The position numbers and the translations under genes are program-made. The notes beneath the pieces were generated by a model. It did no database searches, had not been told where the DNA came from, and saw nothing but the letters and a program-made list of their open reading frames with translations. Shown piece by piece: positions 15,656-25,073 of a DNA stretch of 29,865 nucleotides (its first letter is position 1; each line of letters begins with the position of its first letter). The stretch is from a virus (lineage: Duplodnaviria; Caudoviricetes). Where the stretch lies: IMG/VR virus record IMGVR_UViG_3300033067_001429, positions 1-29,865 of that record. One strand, written 5' to 3'.

Positions 15656-17839
15656 ATGACTGAAAGTCAGCAGTTAGCAATCGTGTTGAGACAACAAGGA
15701 GCAATTCTTAAAGATATCGCTGATAGAACTGGGATCAGCATGACTTCATTATCGAGATTGTTTAAAAAACAAGATCTTATTATAAGTCATCGCCACCCAT
15801 GCTTTTCCAAAGAGTGGATGGATGCTCATAGCCATTTAACTAAGCGTGACAAAGCTAAATTAGCTGGTGTCGATATTGGGACAATCGCTTATTGGTCTAG
15901 ATCATTAGCTGGAAAAACAGCGCGGATTAAAACAAATGATACTTTAGCTCAATTATTGCCTGATGAAACTTGGGATAATTATGAATGGTTAAATGATCAT
16001 TATAATACACAACAGTTGGGTATTCCAACTATCGCTAGAAAGATAGGTGTCAGTAATAGTCGAATAGTTGGTTCTTTAGAACGATTTGGAATTAAACGAC
16101 GTTCACTTAAAGAAGCTATGAATAATTTGGCCAAACGCCCTACCAAAGAATGGATACAACAACATTATATTGATTTGGGATGGTCGATTGATAAGTGTGC
16201 GGCAAAAGCTCAATGCGGATGGGCAGCTATGTATAAAACTATTATTCATTATGGTTTCCAGGATCGATCTGCTAAAGAACAATTTAGTGGTGTTATGAAC
16301 CCATTTTATGGTAGAAGACATACTGATGAGGCCAAGGCGGTTTGCACAGAATCCGGAGCCTTTCATGGAACAAAATATTGGACAAGTGGTGATATATCCG
16401 AAAAAGTCAAACAAATTACTGAAAAAGCCAAATTAATTTGGTCTGATCCTATCCGTAGGGAAGAACAATCTAAACGAATTACCAAATTGTGTCAAATTGG
16501 ATTATGTAATGCTAAAAAACATGTTTATAAACGTGCGAATGGAGAATTTATATATCCAGCTTCGTCATGGGAGCTTGCTATTGCTGAATTGCTCGATGAT
16601 TTGGAAATAGTGCAGTCATGGGGATATGAAGAACTAGCTATTCCGTATATGTTCAATGGCACTCTGCATAATTTTATTGTTGATTTTCGAGTGACATGGA
16701 CAGATGGTCTGACTACATATATTGAATGCAAGAATCAGCATTTGTTAGAACAAGAGAAGGAACAATCTAAAATCGCTGCGGCCACTCAATACTTATCACA
16801 GCATAAATCAAATTTCATTCTTGTCTCATCGATGCAGGATATAGCCCATTGTAAAGCACGATCTAGAATCGATCCTGGGTGGCAAGTTGGCAATAGATAC
16901 AATATTCCATCATCAATTATCAAGAATACTCCATCCATTATATTAGAAATTCTGAAACATGATATTACGTTACAATTAGTTGATAATTGGAAACCAATGA
17001 CATATTCAGATACAGAACTGCAGTTGGACTTAACGCGATTGAAGTCGGAGAACTTAAATCTCTATACTAGGAATAATGAAATAGTGGCGACACCTGGTGG
17101 ACCAATGGCCGGAAGGATCATTACCACACACTTTCACGAGCACTTCTACAAAGTGCGTTCTAATGATCGATTAACATTGATTGATGCAATGAGCGATCCA
17201 TGGGTCATCTATCGTGGTTTAGATCAGTCTATAAGCGAAGGTGATGGTCTGACATTAGAGCGATTATTACGTGAGATATGGTTTTTATTTCCTGGAGCAT
17301 ATTCAAGAACTAGCCATTTTCCGACTGGACTGGCTCGGCATATTATTAGAAAGTTATTACCTGATCCAAAAGGAAAGTTATTTTTCGATCCGTGCTGTGG
17401 ATGGGGGAGTAGATTATTAGCAGCCCATGTTGATGGCATGCGATACTCTGGGTGTGAGCTGTCAGATCTCACATATAGTGGATTACAACAATTATCAGAT
17501 TATATAGGATGTGATAGTGACCTGCATAATATCGATTGCTTAGCTCATGATTGGCCAGATGCTGATATTGTGCTTACTAGTCCACCATTTTATGATATTG
17601 AAGAATATATTGGTGGTGATCAATTGCATCGTCTCGAACATCGTGAAGATTGGGTTTCCCAATTCGTAGAGCCATTTTTAGGAAAATTGGGGAATATGGT
17701 TGGGGCGTTCTACTTAGATCAAAAGACGCTAGATGATTTTACTAGTATAAGGAAACCAACTGCTGTGATACCTGTTAAAAGCCGTCGTCACCCTCGCCAG
17801 AAGGTTGGATACGAGTATTTTGCTGTGTACAATGCCTGA
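15656..17839 (+). CDS. Multidomain protein: HTH repeats + NUMOD3 + TnsA-like PD-(D/E)xK endonuclease + N4C/N6A-type DNA methyltransferase
   Basis: HTH-like segments (LKDIADRTGISMTSLSR, IPTIARKIGVSNSRI). NUMOD3 NPFYGRRHTDEAK. TnsA-like SSWE...WGYE...IPY...VDFRV...YIECK. MTase motif I DPCCGWGSR and motif IV TSPPF. Confidence 0.8.
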   Translation: MTESQQLAIVLRQQGAILKDIADRTGISMTSLSRLFKKQDLIISHRHPCFSKEWMDAHSHLTKRDKAKLAGVDIGTIAYWSRSLAGKTARIKTNDTLAQLLPDETWDNYEWLNDHYNTQQLGIPTIARKIGVSNSRIVGSLERFGIKRRSLKEAMNNLAKRPTKEWIQQHYIDLGWSIDKCAAKAQCGWAAMYKTIIHYGFQDRSAKEQFSGVMNPFYGRRHTDEAKAVCTESGAFHGTKYWTSGDISEKVKQITEKAKLIWSDPIRREEQSKRITKLCQIGLCNAKKHVYKRANGEFIYPASSWELAIAELLDDLEIVQSWGYEELAIPYMFNGTLHNFIVDFRVTWTDGLTTYIECKNQHLLEQEKEQSKIAAATQYLSQHKSNFILVSSMQDIAHCKARSRIDPGWQVGNRYNIPSSIIKNTPSIILEILKHDITLQLVDNWKPMTYSDTELQLDLTRLKSENLNLYTRNNEIVATPGGPMAGRIITTHFHEHFYKVRSNDRLTLIDAMSDPWVIYRGLDQSISEGDGLTLERLLREIWFLFPGAYSRTSHFPTGLARHIIRKLLPDPKGKLFFDPCCGWGSRLLAAHVDGMRYSGCELSDLTYSGLQQLSDYIGCDSDLHNIDCLAHDWPDADIVLTSPPFYDIEEYIGGDQLHRLEHREDWVSQFVEPFLGKLGNMVGAFYLDQKTLDDFTSIRKPTAVIPVKSRRHPRQKVGYEYFAVYNA

Positions 17840-17912
17840 GGCGATGTCTTATCGTTCATGTATTTGCGGTGTGGTGTCTGGGGATGGTTTCTTCAATTTT
17901 CGGGAGAATGGT

Positions 17913-18254
17913 ATGCTGGCTCAAAGAACTCGGCGGCGGATGCGTAAGAATACTACGGTGGCTGTGTCGACTGTTGTTCAGTTGCATGTCGAGTACAAGC
18001 TGTCTGGTGGTAAGGATTCTCTGTATGTGACTTCTGGGGATATCGCCGAAGCCATCATCGCACAGCAAAAGGGGCACTACTGGGACCGCAATCCCAATGC
18101 CATGGATTCTCATGGCTTAGCTCGGAGCGTCGGCGATATCATGGGACAGTCGCTGAAGTCTCATGGTGTCAAGCTGCTACCCAAAGATGGGAACTATTGG
18201 GTTATTAATGATGATACTATCGCGGCAATGCATAGGATTGTTGAGAGTCTGTGA
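17913..18254 (+). CDS. Hypothetical protein
   Basis: GGGAG SD before ATG 17913. It is the first gene of the coupled array. Confidence 0.65.
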   Translation: MLAQRTRRRMRKNTTVAVSTVVQLHVEYKLSGGKDSLYVTSGDIAEAIIAQQKGHYWDRNPNAMDSHGLARSVGDIMGQSLKSHGVKLLPKDGNYWVINDDTIAAMHRIVESL

Positions 18255-18565
18255 ACAATGCTCCTGCTGGTCTGCTGCCTTGTGATATCCTGGCTCTGAA
18301 CGTATTCGCCGAGTTGCGGCGGCTGCTTGGGGATGGGTTGTCACTGCGCATGCGTGAAGAGTGGTCTTCGAATGCCTGTGTGCGTGCTGGGACAGGATTT
18401 CCAGTAATCTGTTTGATTGCCTTTCATTATACCACTGGCATTGTCGAGGTGGAGCCATTTACTGGCTCTGCTTCATTGGGGGCAGTGGGGTTCGAACTAG
18501 CAGATCCTGATTTCTTCCATAAACTAGTGGAATATATTAAGAGGTTGCATGCTCTACTTCAGTGA
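18251..18565 (+). CDS. DP-motif family protein
   Basis: FELADPDFFHKLVEYI. GTGA start/stop overlap. Confidence 0.8.
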   Translation: MNNAPAGLLPCDILALNVFAELRRLLGDGLSLRMREEWSSNACVRAGTGFPVICLIAFHYTTGIVEVEPFTGSASLGAVGFELADPDFFHKLVEYIKRLHALLQ

Positions 18566-18878
18566 GGTGCGGCATATATTGCAGTGCATAAATGAGATAT
18601 TGAATGCAAATGGGTTTACAAGTCATACACATAATACGGACGCCCGAGGAAGTGAATCTACTCTTTATGTTGGCATGGGTCTGTTCGCGAAATTCGCTCA
18701 TGTTACAGTGTATAGAGATGCCAGCGTTGTAGTGCATGCTATGTATGGCGATGAGACTGATGGCTTTAATTCGCGGCTTTCTAAGCGTTTTGAATTGAGT
18801 GATCCAGAGTGTTTTGATAATATTGTCAAATACTTGACAGAATACCATAAGCGGTTACTTATAGGGCTGGGGTCATGA
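18549..18878 (+). CDS. DP-motif family protein
   Basis: HILQCINEILNANG and FELSDPECFDNIVKYL. Confidence 0.8.
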   Translation: MLYFSEVRHILQCINEILNANGFTSHTHNTDARGSESTLYVGMGLFAKFAHVTVYRDASVVVHAMYGDETDGFNSRLSKRFELSDPECFDNIVKYLTEYHKRLLIGLGS

Positions 18879-19096
18879 AAATATCTGAACTGCGGTCTGG
18901 GATTGGAAAACGGCTGTGTTGGTACACGGTACTGGATAGGTTCAGGGGATTTGTTCGTGTTTCGCACGGGATCTTGTCAGAAGTGTCTGGAAAGAATGTC
19001 AAGATTGATGGTGAATGGCGGTATGTTCCGGAGTTGTTAGGATTGCGGTTTCAAGATGATGTTGCCGCGTATATCGAAAGCGTGAAAAATGATTAA
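18875..19096 (+). CDS. Hypothetical protein (no DP motif)
   Basis: 73 aa, with an ATGA overlap with the previous gene. Confidence 0.6.
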   Translation: MKISELRSGIGKRLCWYTVLDRFRGFVRVSHGILSEVSGKNVKIDGEWRYVPELLGLRFQDDVAAYIESVKND

Positions 19097-19448
19097 TATG
19101 GCCAAACGTATCCGTAAGTCAACTGACTCTGAGAAGTTGGCTGCGGCTATATTCGATGAATTGCAGAAGATGCTTGGGGATGCATATTCTTTAACACCTG
19201 ATGGGGTTTATCATGTGCACGTTTATAATCTTAGCCAACAGATCGATGGGCGTGGTGGGTATGTTGCTAAATTGAGCGTCCCTTGTGGTGATAGTGTGCT
19301 TAAATTGCGATACGAAGATAAATTATTAGAAGAGTTTAAATATCTCGATTTTCTTTTTGCTGACCCCGAATTTTTTGATAAAGTGGTGAGATGTATTATC
19401 GCTCGTCATGATCCAGAGAAGTTTTGGGGTTGGCCTAACAATGCCTGA
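19089..19448 (+). CDS. DP-motif family protein
   Basis: FLFADPEFFDKVVRCI. Confidence 0.8.
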   Translation: MINMAKRIRKSTDSEKLAAAIFDELQKMLGDAYSLTPDGVYHVHVYNLSQQIDGRGGYVAKLSVPCGDSVLKLRYEDKLLEEFKYLDFLFADPEFFDKVVRCIIARHDPEKFWGWPNNA

Positions 19449-19782
19449 TGATGTGCTGATTTTTAATATGGTTTTTATGTGGCTGAAGTCGCGTAATGCG
19501 AAGTGTCAGAAGAAGCCATTTTCTTCTGTCGTTACCAGAATCTTACAAGAATGCGACGTGATTATGGCGTGTGGCGTTGATCGAGTGGTCAAGGTGTGTG
19601 TTAGTAGTGGTGATGTTGTATGTGGTTATTCTGCCTTCGACAATGTTGTGGCTGATTATTACGCTAATAAAACTGGGCTGTGTGATCATGATACTATTGT
19701 TAAAGTTGCCTTATGCGATCCGCAGTGCTTTGAAAAAGTGTGGATAAGTATTTGTAAAATGGTTGGACATGATGGATTATGA
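19441..19782 (+). CDS. DP-motif family protein
   Basis: VALCDPQCFEKVWISI. Start placed at the ATG overlapping the end of the previous gene. Confidence 0.8.
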   Translation: MPDDVLIFNMVFMWLKSRNAKCQKKPFSSVVTRILQECDVIMACGVDRVVKVCVSSGDVVCGYSAFDNVVADYYANKTGLCDHDTIVKVALCDPQCFEKVWISICKMVGHDGL

Positions 19783-20092
19783 CATTCTATGTGCATTGCA
19801 TGAATGGTTAACCCATAGTGCTGCTGTTGATCTTGTTATTAATTTTCATCATCCAGACTATGAATCGCCGGAATCCTTGATCGAAAAGTCATCAACTGTT
19901 GCAGCTATTTCGATATCGTTTGATGACGCTGAAGTGGCTGTATGGATTATTGGTTGTGATTTTATGGTTTATAAGTCTACTTGGGTTAAGACTTTTGATG
20001 AAGTAGTGTCTACCAGGATTCCGGTTAGCGATCCTGATAGCTTTGATAGGGTATTAACTACGGTTTGTGCGAAGTTGGGATATGGCTACTGA
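19769..20092 (+). CDS. DP-motif family protein
   Basis: DILCALHEWL and IPVSDPDSFDRVLTTV. Confidence 0.8.
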   Translation: MMDYDILCALHEWLTHSAAVDLVINFHHPDYESPESLIEKSSTVAAISISFDDAEVAVWIIGCDFMVYKSTWVKTFDEVVSTRIPVSDPDSFDRVLTTVCAKLGYGY

Positions 20093-20363
20093 CATTCTTC
20101 AAATATTGTGTGAGTGGTTGTCTCAATATGAAGGGGCTAGTGTCGCTGTTAGAATGTTTAGGTATGAAGATGCTGCAAGAGATCATATTGGTATTCTTTT
20201 TACTGAAAGTGCTATAGTTATTAATGTTAGGATAGTTGGAGGTGATATAAAATATGGTGGGCCGTATGCCAAGGCTGGCGGGGGCGTGCCGTTGGTTGAT
20301 CCTGAATGTTTTGAGAAGTTGTGGTCGGTTATATGTTATGCTGCTGGTGCGATTAATGGATAA
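20082..20363 (+). CDS. DP-motif family protein
   Basis: DILQILCEWL and VPLVDPECFEKLWSVI. Confidence 0.8.
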   Translation: MATDILQILCEWLSQYEGASVAVRMFRYEDAARDHIGILFTESAIVINVRIVGGDIKYGGPYAKAGGGVPLVDPECFEKLWSVICYAAGAING

Positions 20364-20841
20364 TCTTACTGTTGCTAATGCGATTGCTCAACAGATCACT
20401 AGTGAGAATTTGGTTGTTACACGTGTGAGGAATGTGCATAGTGAGTATATTGCTACGATGCTCGTCGGATGTACTATTGATATTCGGGTATGTGGTGTGG
20501 GTGGCTCAATCAGAATGCATCAAATTTTTTCGACTTTGAAAGATCAGTTATTAGCTCCTGGTAAGCAGATTGAACTTAGTATTCACGATTTTGATAATGG
20601 TATTGAACTTACCGTTTGGTATGTTTTGTGTCCGATTACTGATAATATTAAGCACTGTATTCAGGAACGGGCTGTTTTTATCATCGGAGGGTATATAATA
20701 TGCGAAGAGATTAATAACAAGAGCACGAATCCGCGTATGCGGCTGTTTTATCTCATTGAACTGTCCGATCCGGAGTGTCTTAACAAATTTCGGTTGTGGC
20801 TTTTAGAATCTGATGGATATTATTCAAAACAAGTTAAATGA
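20356..20841 (+). CDS. DP-motif family protein with N-terminal extension
   Basis: IELSDPECLNKFRLWL. The start is uncertain. Confidence 0.72.
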   Translation: MDNLTVANAIAQQITSENLVVTRVRNVHSEYIATMLVGCTIDIRVCGVGGSIRMHQIFSTLKDQLLAPGKQIELSIHDFDNGIELTVWYVLCPITDNIKHCIQERAVFIIGGYIICEEINNKSTNPRMRLFYLIELSDPECLNKFRLWLLESDGYYSKQVK

Positions 20842-21292
20842 ACAATATTCTAATGTAGAAGTCCTTGCTAGGAGTAGTAGGAAAATGGATTTCAATGCGA
20901 ATGAGTGGATCGCCAGGACATTGAATACTGAACTGGATACGTTAGATGCTATGGATCTAGATGAGTCCATATTATTTGAACATCTGGGTGACTATAAAAT
21001 TCCTGCTGAGCACTTTTTGCTGCGGAGATTTTTGAGATCGCTGGGTTTCAAGACTAGATTTAATAGTGTGGCTTCATGGGCCAATGACTGGGAGATCAAC
21101 AAGCCGTCTATAGTATTCATCATAAATGAGCCACCGAACTACTTTTATATTACTATCGTGAAGACTTCGGTAGAGGTGTCTCCGCATTATGATCACAATA
21201 GTCCTTGCTTGTGTTTGGATATGTGTGATCCGGATTTCTTCGAAAAACTTGCTGAGCTACTGGAAAATTATAGAGATTTTCAATATGCTTGA
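20813..21292 (+). CDS. DP-motif family protein with N-terminal extension
   Basis: LDMCDPDFFEKLAELL. Confidence 0.78.
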   Translation: MDIIQNKLNEQYSNVEVLARSSRKMDFNANEWIARTLNTELDTLDAMDLDESILFEHLGDYKIPAEHFLLRRFLRSLGFKTRFNSVASWANDWEINKPSIVFIINEPPNYFYITIVKTSVEVSPHYDHNSPCLCLDMCDPDFFEKLAELLENYRDFQYA

Positions 21293-21653
21293 TGTAATTA
21301 TCGATTTTATGATCAATAGTGGTCTAAATATCCACACACTAAGTAATGCTGCTTTAGTTTTAGATCCCGAGTCGCAACTGTCTTCTTTGGGGCCAGCAAC
21401 TGGTCAAGAGTTTGTGCGTGGCGGAGTACGATGTTGTGTTGTGTTGGTAGAGGCTGTGTGTGTTGTGTCTTTTGATTTTATTGATGAAACAGGGACATAT
21501 TGTTTCGATTGTATTCGTATAGATCTTAGTAGTCCGAATTTCCTTGATGAGTTATTAGAGACTATTAATGATGTAGCATCTCGCTGTGTCTTAGAGGTGA
21601 ATTTGCGACGAGTGGTATTGACGATCGGTCTTATCAAGGATGGTGTAATATGA
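21285..21653 (+). CDS. DP-motif family protein (SP variant)
   Basis: MLDVIIDFMINSG and IDLSSPNFLDELLETI. Confidence 0.75.
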   Translation: MLDVIIDFMINSGLNIHTLSNAALVLDPESQLSSLGPATGQEFVRGGVRCCVVLVEAVCVVSFDFIDETGTYCFDCIRIDLSSPNFLDELLETINDVASRCVLEVNLRRVVLTIGLIKDGVI

Positions 21654-21985
21654 ACGCACAGAATGATGTTTTTAATACTGTCTTTGATTTTATCAAAGCC
21701 AATGGCGTTACTGCCGTGATGTACACCAATGCGACCATATCAATCTTCGCTTCTGAGGAAGATTTCCAATCTGGCAAGCATGCTTGTTCTGTGACCATGT
21801 CTTTGCAGTTTGCACATTTGATACATTATGATAAACCGATGGTCGGTAGGATCAAGGATAAAATTCAAACATTTGATTTAAGCGACCCAGATTCTCTTGA
21901 TAAATTGTTAGAAGGAATACGAATGTTGATCTGGATAAGATTGAACAAGATGACTCAGGCGATGCCGCGTTCTCACCATGCTTAG
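21650..21985 (+). CDS. DP-motif family protein
   Basis: DVFNTVFDFIKANG and FDLSDPDSLDKLLEGI. Confidence 0.8.
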   Translation: MNAQNDVFNTVFDFIKANGVTAVMYTNATISIFASEEDFQSGKHACSVTMSLQFAHLIHYDKPMVGRIKDKIQTFDLSDPDSLDKLLEGIRMLIWIRLNKMTQAMPRSHHA

Positions 21986-22346
21986 GGAAGTATTAGAACA
22001 CGTACGAGAAAATTTTGGTGGATTTTCGTGTCCAATATATAGTTATGGTAAAAGAGTGGAATGGCACTATTTTCATGTGCTTACATGCGAACAGCACCAG
22101 TGTTATCCATATAATATCGATGTAATATCTTCTGTTTGGGGTCCCGGTGGCAAACAGATTTGTCGCGTGACTGCGACTGATGAGTGCATCATTGTTTGGG
22201 GATGGAGTTATGAAAATGGCCGCTATCATATGGACCACCCATATGATAATACTACTAAAGTATACCTGAGCGATCCTGACTTATTCGATAAGGTGTATAC
22301 AGCCATTCGAAATTGTTACCCTAGGAGCAATTATGTTGAACTCTGA
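21978..22346 (+). CDS. DP-motif family protein
   Basis: VYLSDPDLFDKVYTAI. Confidence 0.8.
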   Translation: MLREVLEHVRENFGGFSCPIYSYGKRVEWHYFHVLTCEQHQCYPYNIDVISSVWGPGGKQICRVTATDECIIVWGWSYENGRYHMDHPYDNTTKVYLSDPDLFDKVYTAIRNCYPRSNYVEL

Positions 22347-22629
22347 CATCGAAACGGCTCTTCTGGAACACTTTGCGGAGAGGTTCAACAGCCTCGAATA
22401 TCCCGTATCATCACATATGCTTGTGAACGGTCTGATTATAAATGAGGCTTCTGATAATAGTATTGTGTTGTCTATAGATAAGTGGACTATAGCAGGCAAT
22501 ATAACAATTATTGTGTGTTATGATGGATATAAGTCTGACGCTGGGTATTTTAATGTGTGCGATCCAAACTGTGTCGACAGTGTTGTTGAATATGGTGTGA
22601 AGTTATTGGAAAGGCGTCGGCGTGATTGA
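22333..22629 (+). CDS. DP-motif family protein
   Basis: FNVCDPNCVDSVVEYG. AGGAG SD. Confidence 0.75.
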   Translation: MLNSDIETALLEHFAERFNSLEYPVSSHMLVNGLIINEASDNSIVLSIDKWTIAGNITIIVCYDGYKSDAGYFNVCDPNCVDSVVEYGVKLLERRRRD

Positions 22630-23146
22630 TCCGGTTGATAAGGCTAAGACGTTTGACTGGGTTTTAGTCAAAATCAAGACTTGTTATGATAAGTATAAAA
22701 AGTATCATGAACGTGAAGACTTTGAGATAATGGGAGCGATGCACTGCTTGGTATCTGATGCTAATTCATATCACAAGTATATTGTATCATACAAATGTGA
22801 CGATAAACAGGGTGAAATCGCCAGGCAGCATAACCGCATTCTGGAACTAGAAAAGGAAGTGGCTCATTTGAAGAATTTCATGCTATTGGAATCCATAAGT
22901 CGACTACTGAATGATAATGGGATCACAACGACCACATATCCCGAAGTTGATTCAAATATTCGTGATGATATCTCAATTATCACAATCGATATCGATCAAC
23001 GTATAATTCGTATTATATTAGATGACGGCATGATTATGGTGGTTTCACAACACTATCCGTCGATATTAATCCAATTGGCAGATCCGGACTGTTTCGATCA
23101 GTTACTTGATGTTATCAAGAAAATCAGAAACCATGCCGCGCCGTGA
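22622..23146 (+). CDS. Helical/coiled-coil N-terminal domain fused to a DP-motif domain
   Basis: EIARQHNRILELEKEVAHL followed by MLLESISRLLNDNG...IQLADPDCFDQLLDVI. Confidence 0.75.
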   Translation: MIDPVDKAKTFDWVLVKIKTCYDKYKKYHEREDFEIMGAMHCLVSDANSYHKYIVSYKCDDKQGEIARQHNRILELEKEVAHLKNFMLLESISRLLNDNGITTTTYPEVDSNIRDDISIITIDIDQRIIRIILDDGMIMVVSQHYPSILIQLADPDCFDQLLDVIKKIRNHAAP

Positions 23147-23495
23147 TATTTTATGTGTTGTGAGTGAGTTTCTGGAAGCCAATGGTGTATGTGGCTGCCT
23201 GTGGGGCAATGGTTTGGTAGCCCAGCATAGAGGTGAACAGGAATATTTGGTATACAAAATCCAATCCATTGATTCTCAGAGGTTTCCGATATTTGGAAAG
23301 TCGTGTGGTCCTAATAGTTTGCGTTTGATATACGCGATGACTATTGAACTGTCGGATGACGTGGTTGAGGTGAGGGCGCATACTAATGCGGTACATGCGA
23401 AAGACGGTTGTGTTGGATTCGAGCGACATAGAATTCAATTGTCCGACCCCGACATGTTTGAAAAAGCTTTAACGGCAGTCCGATCATGGCTGTAG
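23133..23495 (+). CDS. DP-motif family protein
   Basis: DILCVVSEFLEANG and IQLSDPDMFEKALTAV. Confidence 0.8.
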   Translation: MPRRDILCVVSEFLEANGVCGCLWGNGLVAQHRGEQEYLVYKIQSIDSQRFPIFGKSCGPNSLRLIYAMTIELSDDVVEVRAHTNAVHAKDGCVGFERHRIQLSDPDMFEKALTAVRSWL

Positions 23496-23946
23496 CCTAT
23501 GAGATGTTATGGGCCGTTACGAAATCGCTTACTGACAATCGGATGTCTTATACAAATATCCAAATCCAAGAATAACACTTCCTCCAGGCCAGCCATTTTG
23601 GCGAGTCGAATGCGAAATGGCTACGATCACATATGATATGTATAAGGACGAATATATAGCAGAATTAAGAGTATCTCTAGATGAATCGATGCTAATAGAT
23701 TTAGGCATCATTGAGCCAAGGATGTATCGGCGGCGTTTCGATATTAATGATTCTAATGCCTTCGATGATATTGCTGAATATGTCAGTCCAAATAAGTTCC
23801 ATCTCATGGATAGGTTCATGTATGGTAAGGTTGTGACATGGTTTGATATGCTCAAACGTGTTCTAATCATAGGCGGCACATCATTAGCATTTGGTCTGGT
23901 TAGTGTAGCCATTGTGTTCGTGATAATTTACTTCAAAGGGACATAG
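23486..23946 (+). pseudogene. Frameshifted DP-motif family member with a C-terminal hydrophobic (TM-like) tail
   Basis: A coupled ATG at 23486 gives MAVAYEMLWAVTKSLTDN..., which stops at 23575. The -1 frame is open from 23536 to 23946 and has FDINDSNAFDDIAEYV plus a hydrophobic tail. Confidence 0.55.
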
Positions 23947-24318
23947 ATGGATAATCGCGAAATCAGGATCATATCAGAAGGCTCTGAAGACTTTCGGATA
24001 GCTCTTTCGCTATTCAAGGCTAAGACAATAATCGGCTATAAGATAATAGAGAGTGCAGATCCAACAATTCCTGATTCGATGGTGTTGTATGAATTTCCTT
24101 CGAAGCATGCGACAGCATTCCCATTTCCATTCACTTCCAAACTAGCGTGTGATTTCGTCCTGGCCTGGCTCGAACAGGTCGATTACGGTAAACAACCTGA
24201 TCACGATGGCGATAATCATAAAGGGTGGAAGATGGAGAATGAAGAGTGGGGTCGAGTTAATGGCGACTCGGCAGCTTTCGTCAAGATCTCGCCAGAATGG
24301 GCTATGTACGGGAAATAG
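23947..24318 (+). CDS. Hypothetical phage protein (no DP motif)
   Basis: 123 aa with PDHDGDNHKGW...WAMYGK. It abuts both neighbours. Confidence 0.7.
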   Translation: MDNREIRIISEGSEDFRIALSLFKAKTIIGYKIIESADPTIPDSMVLYEFPSKHATAFPFPFTSKLACDFVLAWLEQVDYGKQPDHDGDNHKGWKMENEEWGRVNGDSAAFVKISPEWAMYGK

Positions 24319-24320
24319 AT

Positions 24321-25040
24321 ATGGATACTATCGAAACAATGTCTAATGATCTGTTATACATGCTGAGAAATCGGTATTGCAAGATAATGCATGCCGATGA
24401 CTTCGATCCAGATGAGGATATCACATATGAGGAAGTTGTAGACCTGTGGCGTGCACAAAAGGGGCTTTGTGCGTTAACTGGTCTGCAGATGACGTATGGT
24501 GCTCCGGACATGGGCACTGTTACGTTGAATCGCAAGAATCGTCGCGGATCATATTCGCTTGTGAATATGCAATTGGTTTGTGCCTGGGTGGACCGGGCCA
24601 AAATGTGCGACGATCACGAGTTTCGCAGGCTATTATTGTCGTTGCAGGAAAATAAACGACTGACTGCTCATAAGCTAGATCCAGTTGTTGTGGATGTCGA
24701 TTTCGCCTTTCTCAATGACATTTACGAGTGGGCTGTGGACCAATTTTGGTGCCATAATGTTTCATTATTTCTTAATACTAATCAGAGTTTGAGAATCGCT
24801 CACGACATGACGACTGAGTTGTTTATAGATATTGCCGCATCAGGAGTGGTAACGGTTATTCAAAAGCATTTTCATTCATCACATGCTGACGAAACAATTT
24901 TTAAGACAGAACTGGCTGATCCTAATTCTGTATCGAATATTAAAGATGTGCTGGGTGCGAAACTGTCGGATATAATCGCTAATTACCCGTGTGTAGATGA
25001 CTTATATGGGGCTAAGCAGTCCGGCCTCACTGAGGTGTAA
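24321..25040 (+). CDS. Degenerate HNH-like domain fused to a C-terminal DP-motif domain
   Basis: LWRAQKGLCALTG...TLNRKNRRGSY...NMQLVC, and C-terminal TELADPNSVSNIKDVL. Confidence 0.68.
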   Translation: MDTIETMSNDLLYMLRNRYCKIMHADDFDPDEDITYEEVVDLWRAQKGLCALTGLQMTYGAPDMGTVTLNRKNRRGSYSLVNMQLVCAWVDRAKMCDDHEFRRLLLSLQENKRLTAHKLDPVVVDVDFAFLNDIYEWAVDQFWCHNVSLFLNTNQSLRIAHDMTTELFIDIAASGVVTVIQKHFHSSHADETIFKTELADPNSVSNIKDVLGAKLSDIIANYPCVDDLYGAKQSGLTEV

Positions 25041-25073
25041 TTTACGTATGGCAGCGGTGGGTCACAATGGTAT

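Noticed and set aside
15656-17839. Tn7-like transposon suggested by the TnsA-like domain
   Set aside because: There is no TnsB or TnsC and no paired transposon ends. Stand-alone TnsA-like nucleases occur in phages.
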